Shown: piece after piece, positions 30,083 to 41,831 of the stretch
Layout: every line of letters starts with the position of its first letter
Position numbering within the stretch: position 1 is the first letter of the stretch
From: Macrostomum lignano
Lineage: Eukaryota
Reading direction: 5' to 3'
NCBI GenBank assembly: GCA_002269645.1
Contig: NIVC01002517.1
Coordinates: 62,001-126,000 of the forward strand
Length of the DNA stretch: 64,000 nt
The notes under the pieces: model-generated
The model's input: the letters and a program-made list of their open reading frames with translations, nothing else
Told to the model about the DNA's origin: nothing
Database searches by the model: none
Translations under genes and position numbers: made by a program

Positions 30083-30399
30083 AAGTCGTTAGTTTATGCA
30101 GCTAACAGTGGAACTGCCTTCATCCCATTAGCTCGGCCTATTGCAATAATATCTCATAGGCCTGTAATGCGATCTCTTAAGAGGATTAGACATTAGTACT
30201 GCATCAATTACTCAAGTCGAATGCAGCCTCTTTGTTTTCTCCCTAGTCGAGTGGCTCTTTCGGATGGATATCGGCGATATCTTCTGCCATCTCAGTTAGC
30301 TCGTCTACTCATCTTATTCCTGCTCGCAAACTCAGCTCGTTAAATGCAAATTTTCTCAGCTCATTACTCTCTCGGTTAACACTAGCTGGGTTAAAACCT

Positions 30400-31125
30400 C
30401 TCCGTTCATTATCCCTTTACTCTCCCTTCATTATCCCTTTACTCTCCCTTCATTATCCCTTTACTCTCCGTTCATTATCCCTTTACTCTCCCTTCATTAT
30501 CCCTTTACTCTCCGTTCATTATCCCTTTACTCTCCCTTCATTATCCCTTTACTCTCCGTTCATTATCCCTTTACTCTCCCTTCATTATCCCTTTACTCTC
30601 CCTTCATTATCCCTTTACTCTCCCTTCATTATCCCTTTACTCTCCCTTCATTATCCCTTTACTCTCCCTTCATTATCCCTTTACTCTCCGTTCATTATCC
30701 CTTTACTCTCCCTTCATTATCCCTTTACTCTCCCTTCATTATCCCTTTACTCTCCCTTCATTATCCCATCACTCTCCCTTCATTATCCCTTCACTCTCCC
30801 TTCATTATCCCATCACTCTCCCTTCATTATCCCTTCACTCTCCCTTCATTGTCCCTTTACTCTCCGTTCATTATCCCTTTACTCTCCCTTCATTATCCCT
30901 TTACTCTCCCTTCATTATCCCTTTACTCTCCGTTCATTATCCCTTTACTCTCCCTTCATTATCCCTTTACTCTCCGTTCATTATCCCTTTACTCTCCCTT
31001 CATTATCCCTTTACTCTCCGTTCATTATCCCTTTACTCTCCCTTCATTATCCCTTTACTCTCCCTTCATTATCCCTTTACTCTCCCTTCATTATCCCTTA
31101 ATTATCCCGTCACTCTCCCTTCACT
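30400..31125. repeat. 22-bp minisatellite
   Basis: Unit TTCATTATCCCTTTACTCTCCC. Confidence 0.97.
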
Positions 31126-31829
31126 CTCTCTTTATCATCCCTTCATTACCACTAACTCCCTCTCTCTTCGTTCTTCGTCAACTCCTGCTTTCCTCTGCAT
31201 CTCTCCGTACAGTTTGGCCTTTGAGTCTGGGGAATGGGTCTGGCCGTTCTGAGCGACTTCTCCGCAATTAACTTACAACTCGGATGCACTGCAATGGCAA
31301 GGCTGGCACAGGGGAGGCAGGCAGCGCGCCCGAGCTGATTGCGGACTCGCGAAAGCGGCCAGTCTCTGGGGAGGAAGCTGGAGCAGAGGGTGGCTGAACT
31401 CGAGCTTAGGTAGAAGGGGTCAGAGACTGAGTAAAATAGGGATTTTCTCGGTCGCCGCTCTTTTGACTACCCGAATCATCCCCAGAGAATCTGTGGGAAC
31501 TGAAGGCCGGCCAGCGGACGCGAAATAAGCGCAGGAAAAAGGAGATTTGCATAATCCCCCAGGCCCGGCTGCTCCAGCCGCCGCTGCTGCCCCGGGTGCG
31601 ACAGGGCATTTCGGGGATGGGAGACTGGAGAGCTCCACTCTGAGTTGGGATTTATCAACTGGCGGCCACCGGCTGGGCGATGGAAATTGTCTTTATTATT
31701 TTAGCTCTGCCTGTTTGAACCTCCTGCATGGCTTCCCGCTGACTCGTTAGCTGACTGAGCTCAAGACTTGCACTTCTCAAAACCGTAGGGAAGAGGAGGG
31801 CAATGGTGACAGAAAAACACTGGAATAGG

Positions 31830-32510
31830 AGAATTTGGGAAGGACAGAGAAGATTGAGGAAGATTTGAGCAGATTGGGAATATTGGGGAAGCTTGGGGAA
31901 GCTTGAAGAAGCTTGGGAAAGATTGGGGAAGATTGGGGAAGCTTGGGGAAGATTGGGGAAGATTGGGGAAGATTGGGGAAGATTGGGGAAGATTTGAGCA
32001 GATTGGGGAAGCTTGGGGAATATTGGGGAAGCTTGGGGAAGCTTGAAGAAGCTTGGGAAAGATTGGGGAAGATTGGGGAAGATTGGGGAAGCTTGGGGAA
32101 GATTTGGGCAGATTGGGGCAGGTTGGGGCAGATTTGGGAAGCTTGGGGAAGATTGGGGAAGATTGGGAAAGATTGGGGAAGATTGGGAAAGATTGGGGAA
32201 GCTTGGGGAAGATTGGGGAAGATTGGGGAAGATTTGGGCAGATTGGGGCAGGTTGGGGCAGATTTGGGAAGCTTGGAGAAGTTTTGGGAAGGCTGGGGAA
32301 GACTGGGGAAGACTAGCGAAGACTGGGTAAGATTGGGGAATATTGGGAAATATTGGGGAAGCTTGGGGAACATTGGAGCGGATTGGAGAAGCTTGGGGAA
32401 ACTTGGGGAAGCTGGGGGAAGATTTGAAAAGATTGGGGCAAATTGGGGTAGATTGAGAATATTGGGGAAGCTTGGAGAAGAATGGGGAAGACTGGGGAAT
32501 ATTGGAGAAG
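31830..32510. repeat. 10-bp purine-rich minisatellite
   Basis: Unit GGGGAAGATT and variants. Confidence 0.95.
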
Positions 32511-32911
32511 AGTTTGAAATGTCACGGAAAATTGATAAGGAAATGGTAGACAACATGCAGGTTTTGCGAATGCTAGGTAATCTACGAAGATTCGCCCCCC
32601 CCCCCGTGACACACGAACAATACATGCCAGCCCTTGTCTATTCAATATTCAATTGACAATCAGTTGAATGGAACTGGAGCGGCAGCTCACTGCTCCACTT
32701 GTACTTTTCCGCGTCAACATTTTGCACGGATGGGGGAATCATCACAATAGAATCATATCTGGACGCAAGCGGGAGGCTTGACAGGACTGGGAAGGGGAAC
32801 AGGGAGTAACAGTAAGTCAATATATTCGGCATAAACAATGGGACCGCACACGGTAGATGAAAATGCGCTTCGTCACACACGAGAGGGCTGGGTGATGTCG
32901 GAGGCTGCTGG

Positions 32912-33071
32912 TCAGTTTCCGGTGACGCTGCGCACCGCTTCAGCGTAGGACTTGCCCGCTGCGGCCGCGGCGGCTGCGGCGGCTACGGCGGCTGCGGTGG
33001 CCGCGGCAGACGAAGCCAACGGAAGATGATGATGGTGAATCTGCGGCGGCGGAGGGGGTGGAGGTGGTGGC

Positions 33072-33112
<41 letters not shown>

Positions 33113-35802
33113 GTGATGCCAGCAGGGGCAGCGCAGGCCGCCGCTGCCGCCGCCGCCGCCGCTGCCGCCGCCGCCGCCGCCTCGACGCTCGCAGCTGTCA
33201 ACAGACCGGCCTCGCTGGTGGCTTTGCAACCCAAAAGCGATGCCGCCGGAACCCCCGCCGCCGCCGCCGCCGCCGCCTCCTCCGCCACCGCCGCTGCCAA
33301 TTCCGACGGCAAGTCCGCCGCCAGCGATGTCGGCCGACGCCTCCCGCCGGGCCCGGCCGCCGCCTCTCAGATTGCCGCCGCCGCCGCCGCCGCCGTGGAC
33401 CTTGACGGACCCTCCGCCCGTCTGCTTCGGCTGCTTCTTCCGGTCGGCCTTCGACTTCCGCTTGCCGCCGCTGCTGGTAGGCGTGGCCGACATCGCGGCC
33501 GCCACTGTGGATGTTGGAAGCTGCTGCTGCTGCTGCTGCTGCTGCTGCGAATGCCGGGTCTCGCCGCGCCAAAGATTGCGGATGTCCTGTCGGCGGAGTA
33601 CGGCGCCGCCGCTGAACGCTTGAAAAAGCTGCTGCTGCTGCTGCTCGTCGGCGGAGGTCCGGGCGCTCAGCAGGGCGTCGAACGTCATCGACTGCGACAG
33701 GATGGCCGCGATCTTCTCATCCAGCGAGTCTAACTGGCTGCTCCAGATGGCGGCGGCGCGGGCCCGCCAGTAGAACTCCTCCCGCACGGCCGAGTCCATG
33801 CAGACGTACAGGTGGGATTCCGGACTGGATTGGAATTTTTAATTCTTGTTGGGCTACTGATTGAGTTCCCAATTGGGCTGGGGTTGCGCGCTGGGGCCGC
33901 ACGGGAGGCGGACACAAGCTGCGGCCTCGGCTGGCGCCCAGCAGTCTATGGGGAAAGGCGGCCTGGTAGTTGAGATTTGCAGCTGATCTGTGCTTTCGGT
34001 GTGTCAAATAATTTAATTAATTATTTGTTAGTCATCGTTTTATTGTAACAGTAGCAGCGATTCTGCCAACAGATAAATTTAACTGAATAAATAAGTCTGT
34101 CCAAGTCTGCTCAAGTCCACCAACATCCACCCAAGTCCACCAACATCCACCCAAGTCCACCAACATCCACCCAAGTCCACCAACATCCACCCAAGTCCAC
34201 CAACATCCACCCAAGTCCACCAACATCCACCCAAGTCCACCAACATCCACCCAAGTCCACCAACATCCACCCAAGTCCACCAACATCCACCCAAGTCCAC
34301 CAACATCCACCCAAGTCCACCAACATCCACCCAAGTCCACCAACATCCACCCAAGTCCACCAACATCCACCCAAGTCCACCAACATCCACCCAAGTCCAC
34401 CAACATCCACCCAAGTCCACCAACATCCACCCAAGTCCACCAACATCCACCCAAGTCCACCAACATCCACCCAAGTCCACCAACATCCACCCAAGTCCAC
34501 CAACATCCACCCAAGTCCACCAACATCCACCCAAGTCCACCAACATCCACCCAAGTCCACCAACATCCACCCAAGTCCACCAACATCCACCCAAGTCCAC
34601 CAACATCCACCCAAGTCCACCAACATCCACCCAAGTCCACCAACATCCACCCAAGTCCACCAACATCCACCCAAGTCCACCAACATCCACCCAAGTCCAC
34701 CAACATCCACCCAAGTCCACCAACATCCACCCAAGTCCACCAACATCCACCCAAGTCCACCAACATCCACCCAAGTCCACCAACATCCACCCAAGTCTAT
34801 CAGCACCCACTCTCCTCAACATGCACCCAAATTCGCCAACATCCACCCAGCCCGGTCCACCAAAACTCTGGCAAAATTTCCCGTTAGGGCAGGGAGAAGA
34901 TATTTTTCTATTAAAATTAGGTAACGGGATTAGCGTGTTAGGATGGACGTGTCAGGATGGTTGTGTCAGGATGGGTGTGTCAGGATGGGTGTGTCAGGAT
35001 GGTTGTGTCAGGATGGGTGTGTCAGGATGGTTGTGTCAGAATGGGTGTGTCAGGATGGTTGTGTCAGGATGGGTGTGTCAGGATGGTTGTGTCAGGATGG
35101 GTGTGTCAGGATGGTTGTGTCAGGATGGGTGTGTCAGGATAGGTGTGTTAGGATGGACGTGTCAGGATAGGTGTGTCAGGATGGTTGTGTCAGGATGGGT
35201 GTGTCAGGATGGTTGTGTCAGGATGGGTGTGTCAGGATGGTTGTGTCAGAATGGGTGTGTCAGGATAGGTGTGTCAGGATGGTTGTGTCAGGATGGGTGT
35301 GTCAGGATGGTTGTGTTAGAATGGGTGTGTCAGGATAGGTGTGTCAGGATAGGTGTCAGGATAGGTGTATCAGGATAGGTGTGTCAGGATAGGTGTGTCA
35401 GGATAAGTGTGTCAGGATAGGTGTGTTAAGGATTTGTGTGTCAGGATAAGTGTGTCAAGATAGGTGTCTCAGGATAGGTGTGTCAAGATATGTGTGTCAG
35501 GATAGGTGTGTCAGGATAGGTGTCAGGATAGGTGTATCAGGATAGGTGTGTCAGGATAAGTGTGTCAAGATAGGTGTGTCAGGATAGGTGTGTCAAGATA
35601 GGTGTGTCAGAATAGGTGTGTCAGGATAGGTGTGTCAGGAGTAGGTGTGTCAGGATAGGTGTGTCAGGATAGGTGTGTCAGGATAGGTGTGTCAGGAGTA
35701 GTGTCAGAAAGGATGTACCAAGTTAATTTCGTTCGTCAAATGTTTGCAGAATTCGAATGAGTCGCAGACCCACCGCAGAAGCCGGATATACGAAAAGCTG
35801 AG
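32912..35802 (-). CDS. 3' exons of an unidentified gene: short globular segment, then a Q/G/A low-complexity tail
   Basis: Phase-compatible exons 35802-35719 (84 nt), 33982-33903 (80 nt) and 33824-32912 (913 nt) give LSFSYIRLLRWVCDSFEFCKHL...PPFPIDCWAPAEAAACVRLPPESHLYVCMDSAVREEFYWRAR...GKSYAEAVRSVTGN*. The last exon is strongly coding-like; the two small exons are tentative. Confidence 0.55.
34100..34800. repeat. Perfect 20-bp minisatellite (~35 copies)
   Basis: Unit CAAGTCCACCAACATCCACC. Confidence 0.99.
34935..35705. repeat. 13-14-bp minisatellite
   Basis: Unit GTGTCAGGAT(G/A)GGT. Confidence 0.96.
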
Positions 35803-36531
35803 CTGTGCAAAACCTGGGCCATTAGTTGTCCTACAGCAGAATTACAATTGATTTATGTCTATAAAATGGTTAGTTTATGAGTTTATGCAGCGAGTAAAAT
35901 TCAGCGCAGCAGATCAATAAACAACAGGCTAGTGTCTGCTTGGGGCGCCACAGCTGCAGCAACTGTCTGTCTTGAATCCAGTTTAGCATAGTACATCAAT
36001 GTACATCATAGTACAACAATGTACATCACATTACATCCATCGATGGCTCATCTGGTGGCAGGTTGAATCAGCTAAAAATAGCCTAGCTATAGTCTATGGC
36101 TGTGCTAATTCCAATCGATCCAATAATATGGACTCGCCAGGCGGAAGCTAAATTTAATGTACGCAGCACTTCAACTCGATTGTAAAGACGGATTTGAATC
36201 GCCCAACCACTCTCAGCTACCTAATCTACCCTACCCTACCCCCCACCGAATGCCAAGCAGTGAGGAGTTGCTCCACTCGTCTCAATCTAGTCCGCACCCA
36301 CGCAGTGCAGCGCAGCCGCTGTGCAGCTCAACGTTACATAGCTATTTACCCAATAAAGCTTAAGGAATCGCCCTAGTTAAAATTCTTCTCCCCAGCAACA
36401 ATTTGCTTGGCAATCTACATTTCGTATTTTCAGGCGAGCGCGCGCGGCTGACCAAATAAAAGACTTGACAAAAAAGAGAGTGACAGTACAACCGTCGTCT
36501 TACGGTTGGAATTGGCGACTTAACGAAATCG

Positions 36532-38796
36532 ATGCGTGCAAGCGGCAGGACGGCTGTAAGCGCTGCCTTGCTGTGGCTTGTCGCGGCTGTTGCTGTCCGA
36601 GCCACAATGCGGGCAGGCATTCCATCAACTGTGTTCGTACACGACCCAGTCCACGGCAATGTCAGGATGGGCATCAAGTCTGAATTCTGCGACAATGGCG
36701 AGGTGAGTGCAGAGTAGTCTAATCTAATCTAATGTCCCCTGATCTAGTCTAATGTCCCCTGATCTAGTCTAATGTCCCCTGATCTAGTCTAATGTCACCT
36801 GATCTAGTCTAATGTCCCCTGATCTAGTCTAATGTCCCCTGATCTAGTCTAATCTAGACTAATGTCCCCTGATCTAGTCTAATCTAGACTAATGTCCCCT
36901 GATCTAGTCTAATGTCACCTGATCTAGTCTAATGTCACCTGATCTAGTCTAATGTCACCTGATCTAGTCTAATGTCACCTGATCTAGTCTAATCTAGTCT
37001 AATGTGACCTGATCTAGTCTAATCTAGTCTAATGTGACCTGATCTAGTGTAATCTAGTCTAATGTGACCTGATCTAGTCTAATCTAGTCTAATGTGATCT
37101 GATCTAGTGTAATCTAGTCTAATGTGACCTGATCCAATCTAATATAGTCTAGTGTAACCTATGCCACAATAATCTACTCTAATCTACTCTAATCTACTCT
37201 AATCTAATCTAATCAAATCTACAGACGCACCTCGAACTCGACTGGGACGGCTCGGATGACAGCAACTTCACGTGCACCCCGTCCCGACGTCAAGCATTCG
37301 AGGCCGAGTCAGAGGCCCGAGCAGCCGCGGCCAAGCCGGAGTTTCACCTGTCGGAGCCGGCCAAGCCGCTGCATCACCGGTGCACCAGCCAGGCCATTAG
37401 CTACGACAAGCGGCTGCCGACCAGCGGGCCGCACCGCCCGCTCTGGCCAGTGTGGGGCCGCTACATCTACGTGCCGGCTCAGCGGTGGCTGCACAGCCTC
37501 GAGCACGGCGGCATCGTCGGCCTGTACCATCCGTGCGCCCCGGCCGAGCAGGTGGAAGCCTTCGCTGATGCCATCGCGGGCTGCCTGCGGCGGCACGTCA
37601 TTGCGGCTGACGGCGTGCGACTGCGGCCTGACAGGGTATGGGGCTGGTGATGGGGCTGGTGATGGGGCTGGTGATGGGGCTGGTGATGGGGCTGGTGATG
37701 GGGTTGGTGATGAGGTTGGTGATGGGGTTGGTGATGGGGTTGGTGATGGGGTTGGGGGATGGAATTGGGATCGGATTGGGAATGGGATGAGGGTGGGATT
37801 AAAGGATGGGATTGGGGATGGGATTAGGGATGGGATTAGGGATGGGATTAGGGATGGGATTAGGGATGGGATTAGGGATGGGATTAGGGATGGGATTAGG
37901 GATGGGATTTAGGATTTGGCCTGGGTCAGATATCAAGACTGGATTTAATGTTTGGATTATTTCGAAAAAAAGTCAATTAAACAATACGTACAAAACTATC
38001 CAACTGATCAACGTTTTTACAGCCATTCGCTCTTCTGGCTTACCGCAACAAGGTTTTGATGGCAAACTTTGATAGAGACACCGTTGAGAGCTTCATCTTG
38101 GTGAGTTGCAATATAAAAATGGGAAAGAATCAAAGTACAGACATTTAGCAAGACAGGTACCAATATAGACACTAATAAAGGCACTGATGCAGACACAAAA
38201 TGGACACTACTACAGGCACTATTGCAGACACTACTGCAGATACTACTGCAGATACTACTACGAGTCTACTACAGATACTACTACAGACTCTACTACTACA
38301 GGCACTGCTATAGATACTACTACAGACACTACCACATATACTACTACAGACACTACTACAGACTTTCCCACTACAGACACTACTACAGACTTTACTACTA
38401 CAGACACTGCTACAGACACTGCTACAGACACTGCTACAGACACTGCTACAGACACTACTACAGATACTACTACAGACACTGCTACATACACTGCTACATA
38501 CACTGCTACAGACACTGCTACAGACACTGCTACAGACACTGCTACAGACACTGCTACAGACACTACTACAGACACTGCTACATACACTGCTACAGACACT
38601 GCCACAGCTTCTAGGCCATCCAGAGTCAGCCAGCCCCGCCCCCACTCTGCAGAGCCACGCCCTCAGAGGCCCGGAGCGCACGCCGCGTGAAGGCCAATAC
38701 AGCCTCGGCCTGGTCACCCCGGCCAGTAATGTCACAGACTACCAAGACAGCATCCTGTGTCCCGGACGGGTGAACCGGACCCAGCTGCATTGGTGA
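36532..38796 (+). CDS. TP53I13: Signal-peptide-bearing DUF3105 / TP53I13-like protein, ~267 aa
   Basis: Exons 36532-36702, 37225-37635, 38023-38100 and 38653-38796, all GT..AG phase 0. Contains LPTSGPHRPLWPVWGRYIYVPAQRWLHSLEHGGIVGLYHPCA (DUF3105 signature), PFALLAY and HALRGPE..GQY...DSILCP, plus a hydrophobic N-terminus. Confidence 0.85.
36716..37215. repeat. 10/20-bp minisatellite filling intron 1 of the DUF3105 gene
   Basis: Units CTAGTCTAAT and GTCCCCTGAT. Confidence 0.95.
37640..37912. repeat. 12-bp G-rich minisatellites at the start of DUF3105 intron 2
   Basis: GGGGCTGGTGAT grading into GGGATTAGGGAT. Confidence 0.95.
38195..38605. repeat. 12-bp minisatellite in DUF3105 intron 3
   Basis: Unit ACTGCTACAGAC. 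Confidence 0.95.
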
Positions 38797-40011
38797 TCAC
38801 TGATGCTGCACCAACTGCCTGCTTCCCCTGCTGCTATATGGGGAACTTTATTGTTCAGCTTCAAAGTTCAGTCAACATCTGATGAAGTTTGTGTGAAGTA
38901 GATAAATATAATAATCTAAAAAAGTTAATTAGGGCGGTCACCTACATATCCGGGAATGATGAGATATCATAACAGTTAGTTAGGCTGCTTTTGTTTGAGG
39001 TAGGTGATTTGTTCTGACGTTTTAATTAATACTCGTACGAGACGGGTTAAGGCACTTTAAAATAATTTGTTTTTGATTTTTTAAATTTTGTTTTATTTCT
39101 GCTAAGGGCCACGGGTTGTCGGACACGCAACTTACTTCTTGTACCAGAACAGCAACACAGAAGAAAGCTCGCACTGGTTTTTATCATTATCTCCTACTTG
39201 CAGTAGCGAGTTAAGCCTATGAGGCTATTATTGTCTGAATTTAATAAACCGAGCACCAAACCCAGTTCAGAAATATGACTTACTAAGATTATAAAAATAA
39301 GCTGAATATTTGAGCTTGAGACTGCAAAGTTAAGCAGAGCTGGGCCCGGTTAGTACGCAGCTAAATAGGCTGCCTTCAAAGTAGCTACAAGGTCGCCACA
39401 GCCTCATCAGCTGCAGACAAACCAAACAGCTGCACTCTCTTGGGAAATTGCCCGAGTGTTATCCCCAACCCTGCTGGAACTGGAATTATGGGATCTGCTG
39501 GCAGATTTCCCACCGAATTTCAGTGATGAAGCAAAGCGAAAAGATCCTCATGGAGAATGGCGGAGCGCGGCAGAGTGTCTCTCTGCCAGCTTCAGGCAAA
39601 GTCAGCCTCATCAATCTTTTATTTGCATGCAAAGCAGCGGAGGACAAAATAATCAATCAATCCATTCTTGGAATCCAGATTATCTATAAAAAAAAGTGCG
39701 AAAAAGTCACGAGCTTAGCCGTGAGATTAGCACTCGACCATGTCAGCCTTCTGACAGCGTGAAGGCTTCAAGGGTTCGCGACCTTGGAGATTAAATTAGT
39801 GCTGCCCTAAAGTCCATACATGTTATGTGGTGGATTTCCACTGAGCCGTTAATGTTGCTAAAATTGTAAAATGACTTCTTCGCTTAGCTGAGCAAACAGC
39901 TGCCGATTTCATGTTTTATTCATTAGGTTCGTTTCATGATATTTTGCTTCAATTCCACATTTCTATGCAGACTGCATTTAACTCACCAATCTCTGCTTTT
40001 GCTCATTTGTG

Positions 40012-41140
40012 ACTGCCTCTCCAGGTCTCTGGCGCCTCTCCCTGCCTCTCCAGGTCTCTGGCGCCTCTTCCTGCCTCTCCATGTCTCTGGCGCCTCTCCC
40101 TGCCTCTCCATGTCTCTGGCGCCTCTCCCTGCCTCTCTACCTCTCCCTGCCTCTCTCTACCTCTCCCTGTCTCTCTACCTCTCCCTTCCTCTCCAGGTCT
40201 CTGGCGCCTCTCCCTGTCTCTCTACCTCTCCCTGCCTCTCCAGGTCTCTGGCGCCTCTCCCTGTCTCTCTACCTCTCCCTGCATCTCCAGGTCTCTGGCG
40301 CCTCTCCCTGCCTCTCCAGGTCTCTGGCGCCTCTCCCTGTCTCTCTACCTCTCCCTGCATCTCCAGGTCTCTGGCGCCTCTCCCTGCCTCTCCAGGTCTC
40401 TGGCGCCTCTCCCTGCCTCTCTACCTCTCCCTGCCTCTCTACCTCTCCCTGCCTCTCTCTACCTCTCCCTGTCTCTCTACCTCTCCCTGCCTCTCCAGGT
40501 CTCTGGCGCCTCTCCCTGCCTCTCTACCTCTCCCTTCCTCTCCAGGTCTCTGGCGCCTCTCCCTTCCTCTCCAGGTCTCTGGCGCCTCTCCCTGCCTCTC
40601 TACCTCTCCCTGCATCTCCAGGTCTCTGGCGCCTCTCCCTGTCTCTCTACCTCTCCCTGCATCTCCAGGTCTCTGGCGCCTCTCCCTGCCTCTCCAGGTC
40701 TCTGGCGCCTCTCCCTGCCTCTCCAGGTCTCTGGCGCCTCTCCCTGCCTCTCCAGGTCTCTGGCGCCTCTCCCTGCCTCTCCAGGTCTCTGGCGCCTCTC
40801 CCTGTCTCTCCAGGTCTCTGGCGCCTCTCCCTGCCTCTCCAGGTCTCTGGCGCCTCTCCCCGCCTCTCTACCTCTCCCTGTCTCTCTACCTCTCCCTGTC
40901 TCTCTACCTCTCCCTGTCTCTCTACCTCTCCCTGTCTCTCTACCTCTCCCCGCCTCTCTACCTCTCCCTGTCTCTCTACCTCTCCCCGCCTCTCTACCTC
41001 TCCCTGTCTCTCTACCTCTCCCTGCCTCTCTCTACCTCTCCCTGTCTCTCTACCTCTCCCTGCCTCTCTACCTCTCCCTGTCTCTCTACCTCTCCCCGCC
41101 TCTCTCTACCTCTCCCTGTCTCTCTCAACCTCTCTCCACT
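40012..41140. repeat. Composite pyrimidine-rich minisatellite (28-bp and 16-18-bp units)
   Basis: CTCTCCAGGTCTCTGGCGCCTCTCCCTG interleaved with TCTCTACCTCTCCCTG. Confidence 0.95.
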
Positions 41141-41831
41141 TCTCTGTAGTTTCCAACTGTCTCTCTATAAATAAAGTATGGCAGCCATGACCGGGTGAAT
41201 TTTAGCAATATGGATAATTTTAGGATCATAGCTATAGCCAATAAGCTCCCTAATTAAACAACAACAACACTAATAATAGGGGCAGTGCCAGCCATCTCTG
41301 TCAAATTCTAGCACACGCATCAAGCACGATAAGTGCCGGCTTGTGGTATCTACCGGGTCCCTGCAGCTCAGGACGTTGCTCCAAATTTTAGGACGCAAAG
41401 CCAGACTCAAGGATGCCTATTATAATAATTACTACGAGTATATCTAAGCTCTCGCTGGATTCCCTCTTGAAGTTCTAAATTTAGAAACTGGTTAAGCTAA
41501 GAAAAGCAATTTTCCATCGCATTAAGCGGTCCCCTCTGTTGCTTAATTCCGTCAATAGCTTTCAAGCTGACCGGATCGAATACTTGAGTTGGGATCGTCT
41601 TTAAAAATATTCCCCCAAGAGTTCGTAAGTCCAACATCGATATTTTCAAGCTCACACGAGTACAGCACGAAATTCTCCGGGGCTAAAAGAATAAATGCTC
41701 AGGTTGGGCCAATAGCAGCGGTTTGGGATGCATAGACTTAAGCGCGTGGTCTTCTTTAATACCAAGCGCTTGGTAGCAAAACCTGTTTTGAAAATTCTAA
41801 AGAAAGCCGCTTCAGTTCAAGGCTTCAAGCA

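Noticed and set aside
37820-37912. Interstitial telomere
   Set aside because: TTAGGG occurs only within a 12-bp unit, not as a (TTAGGG)n tract.
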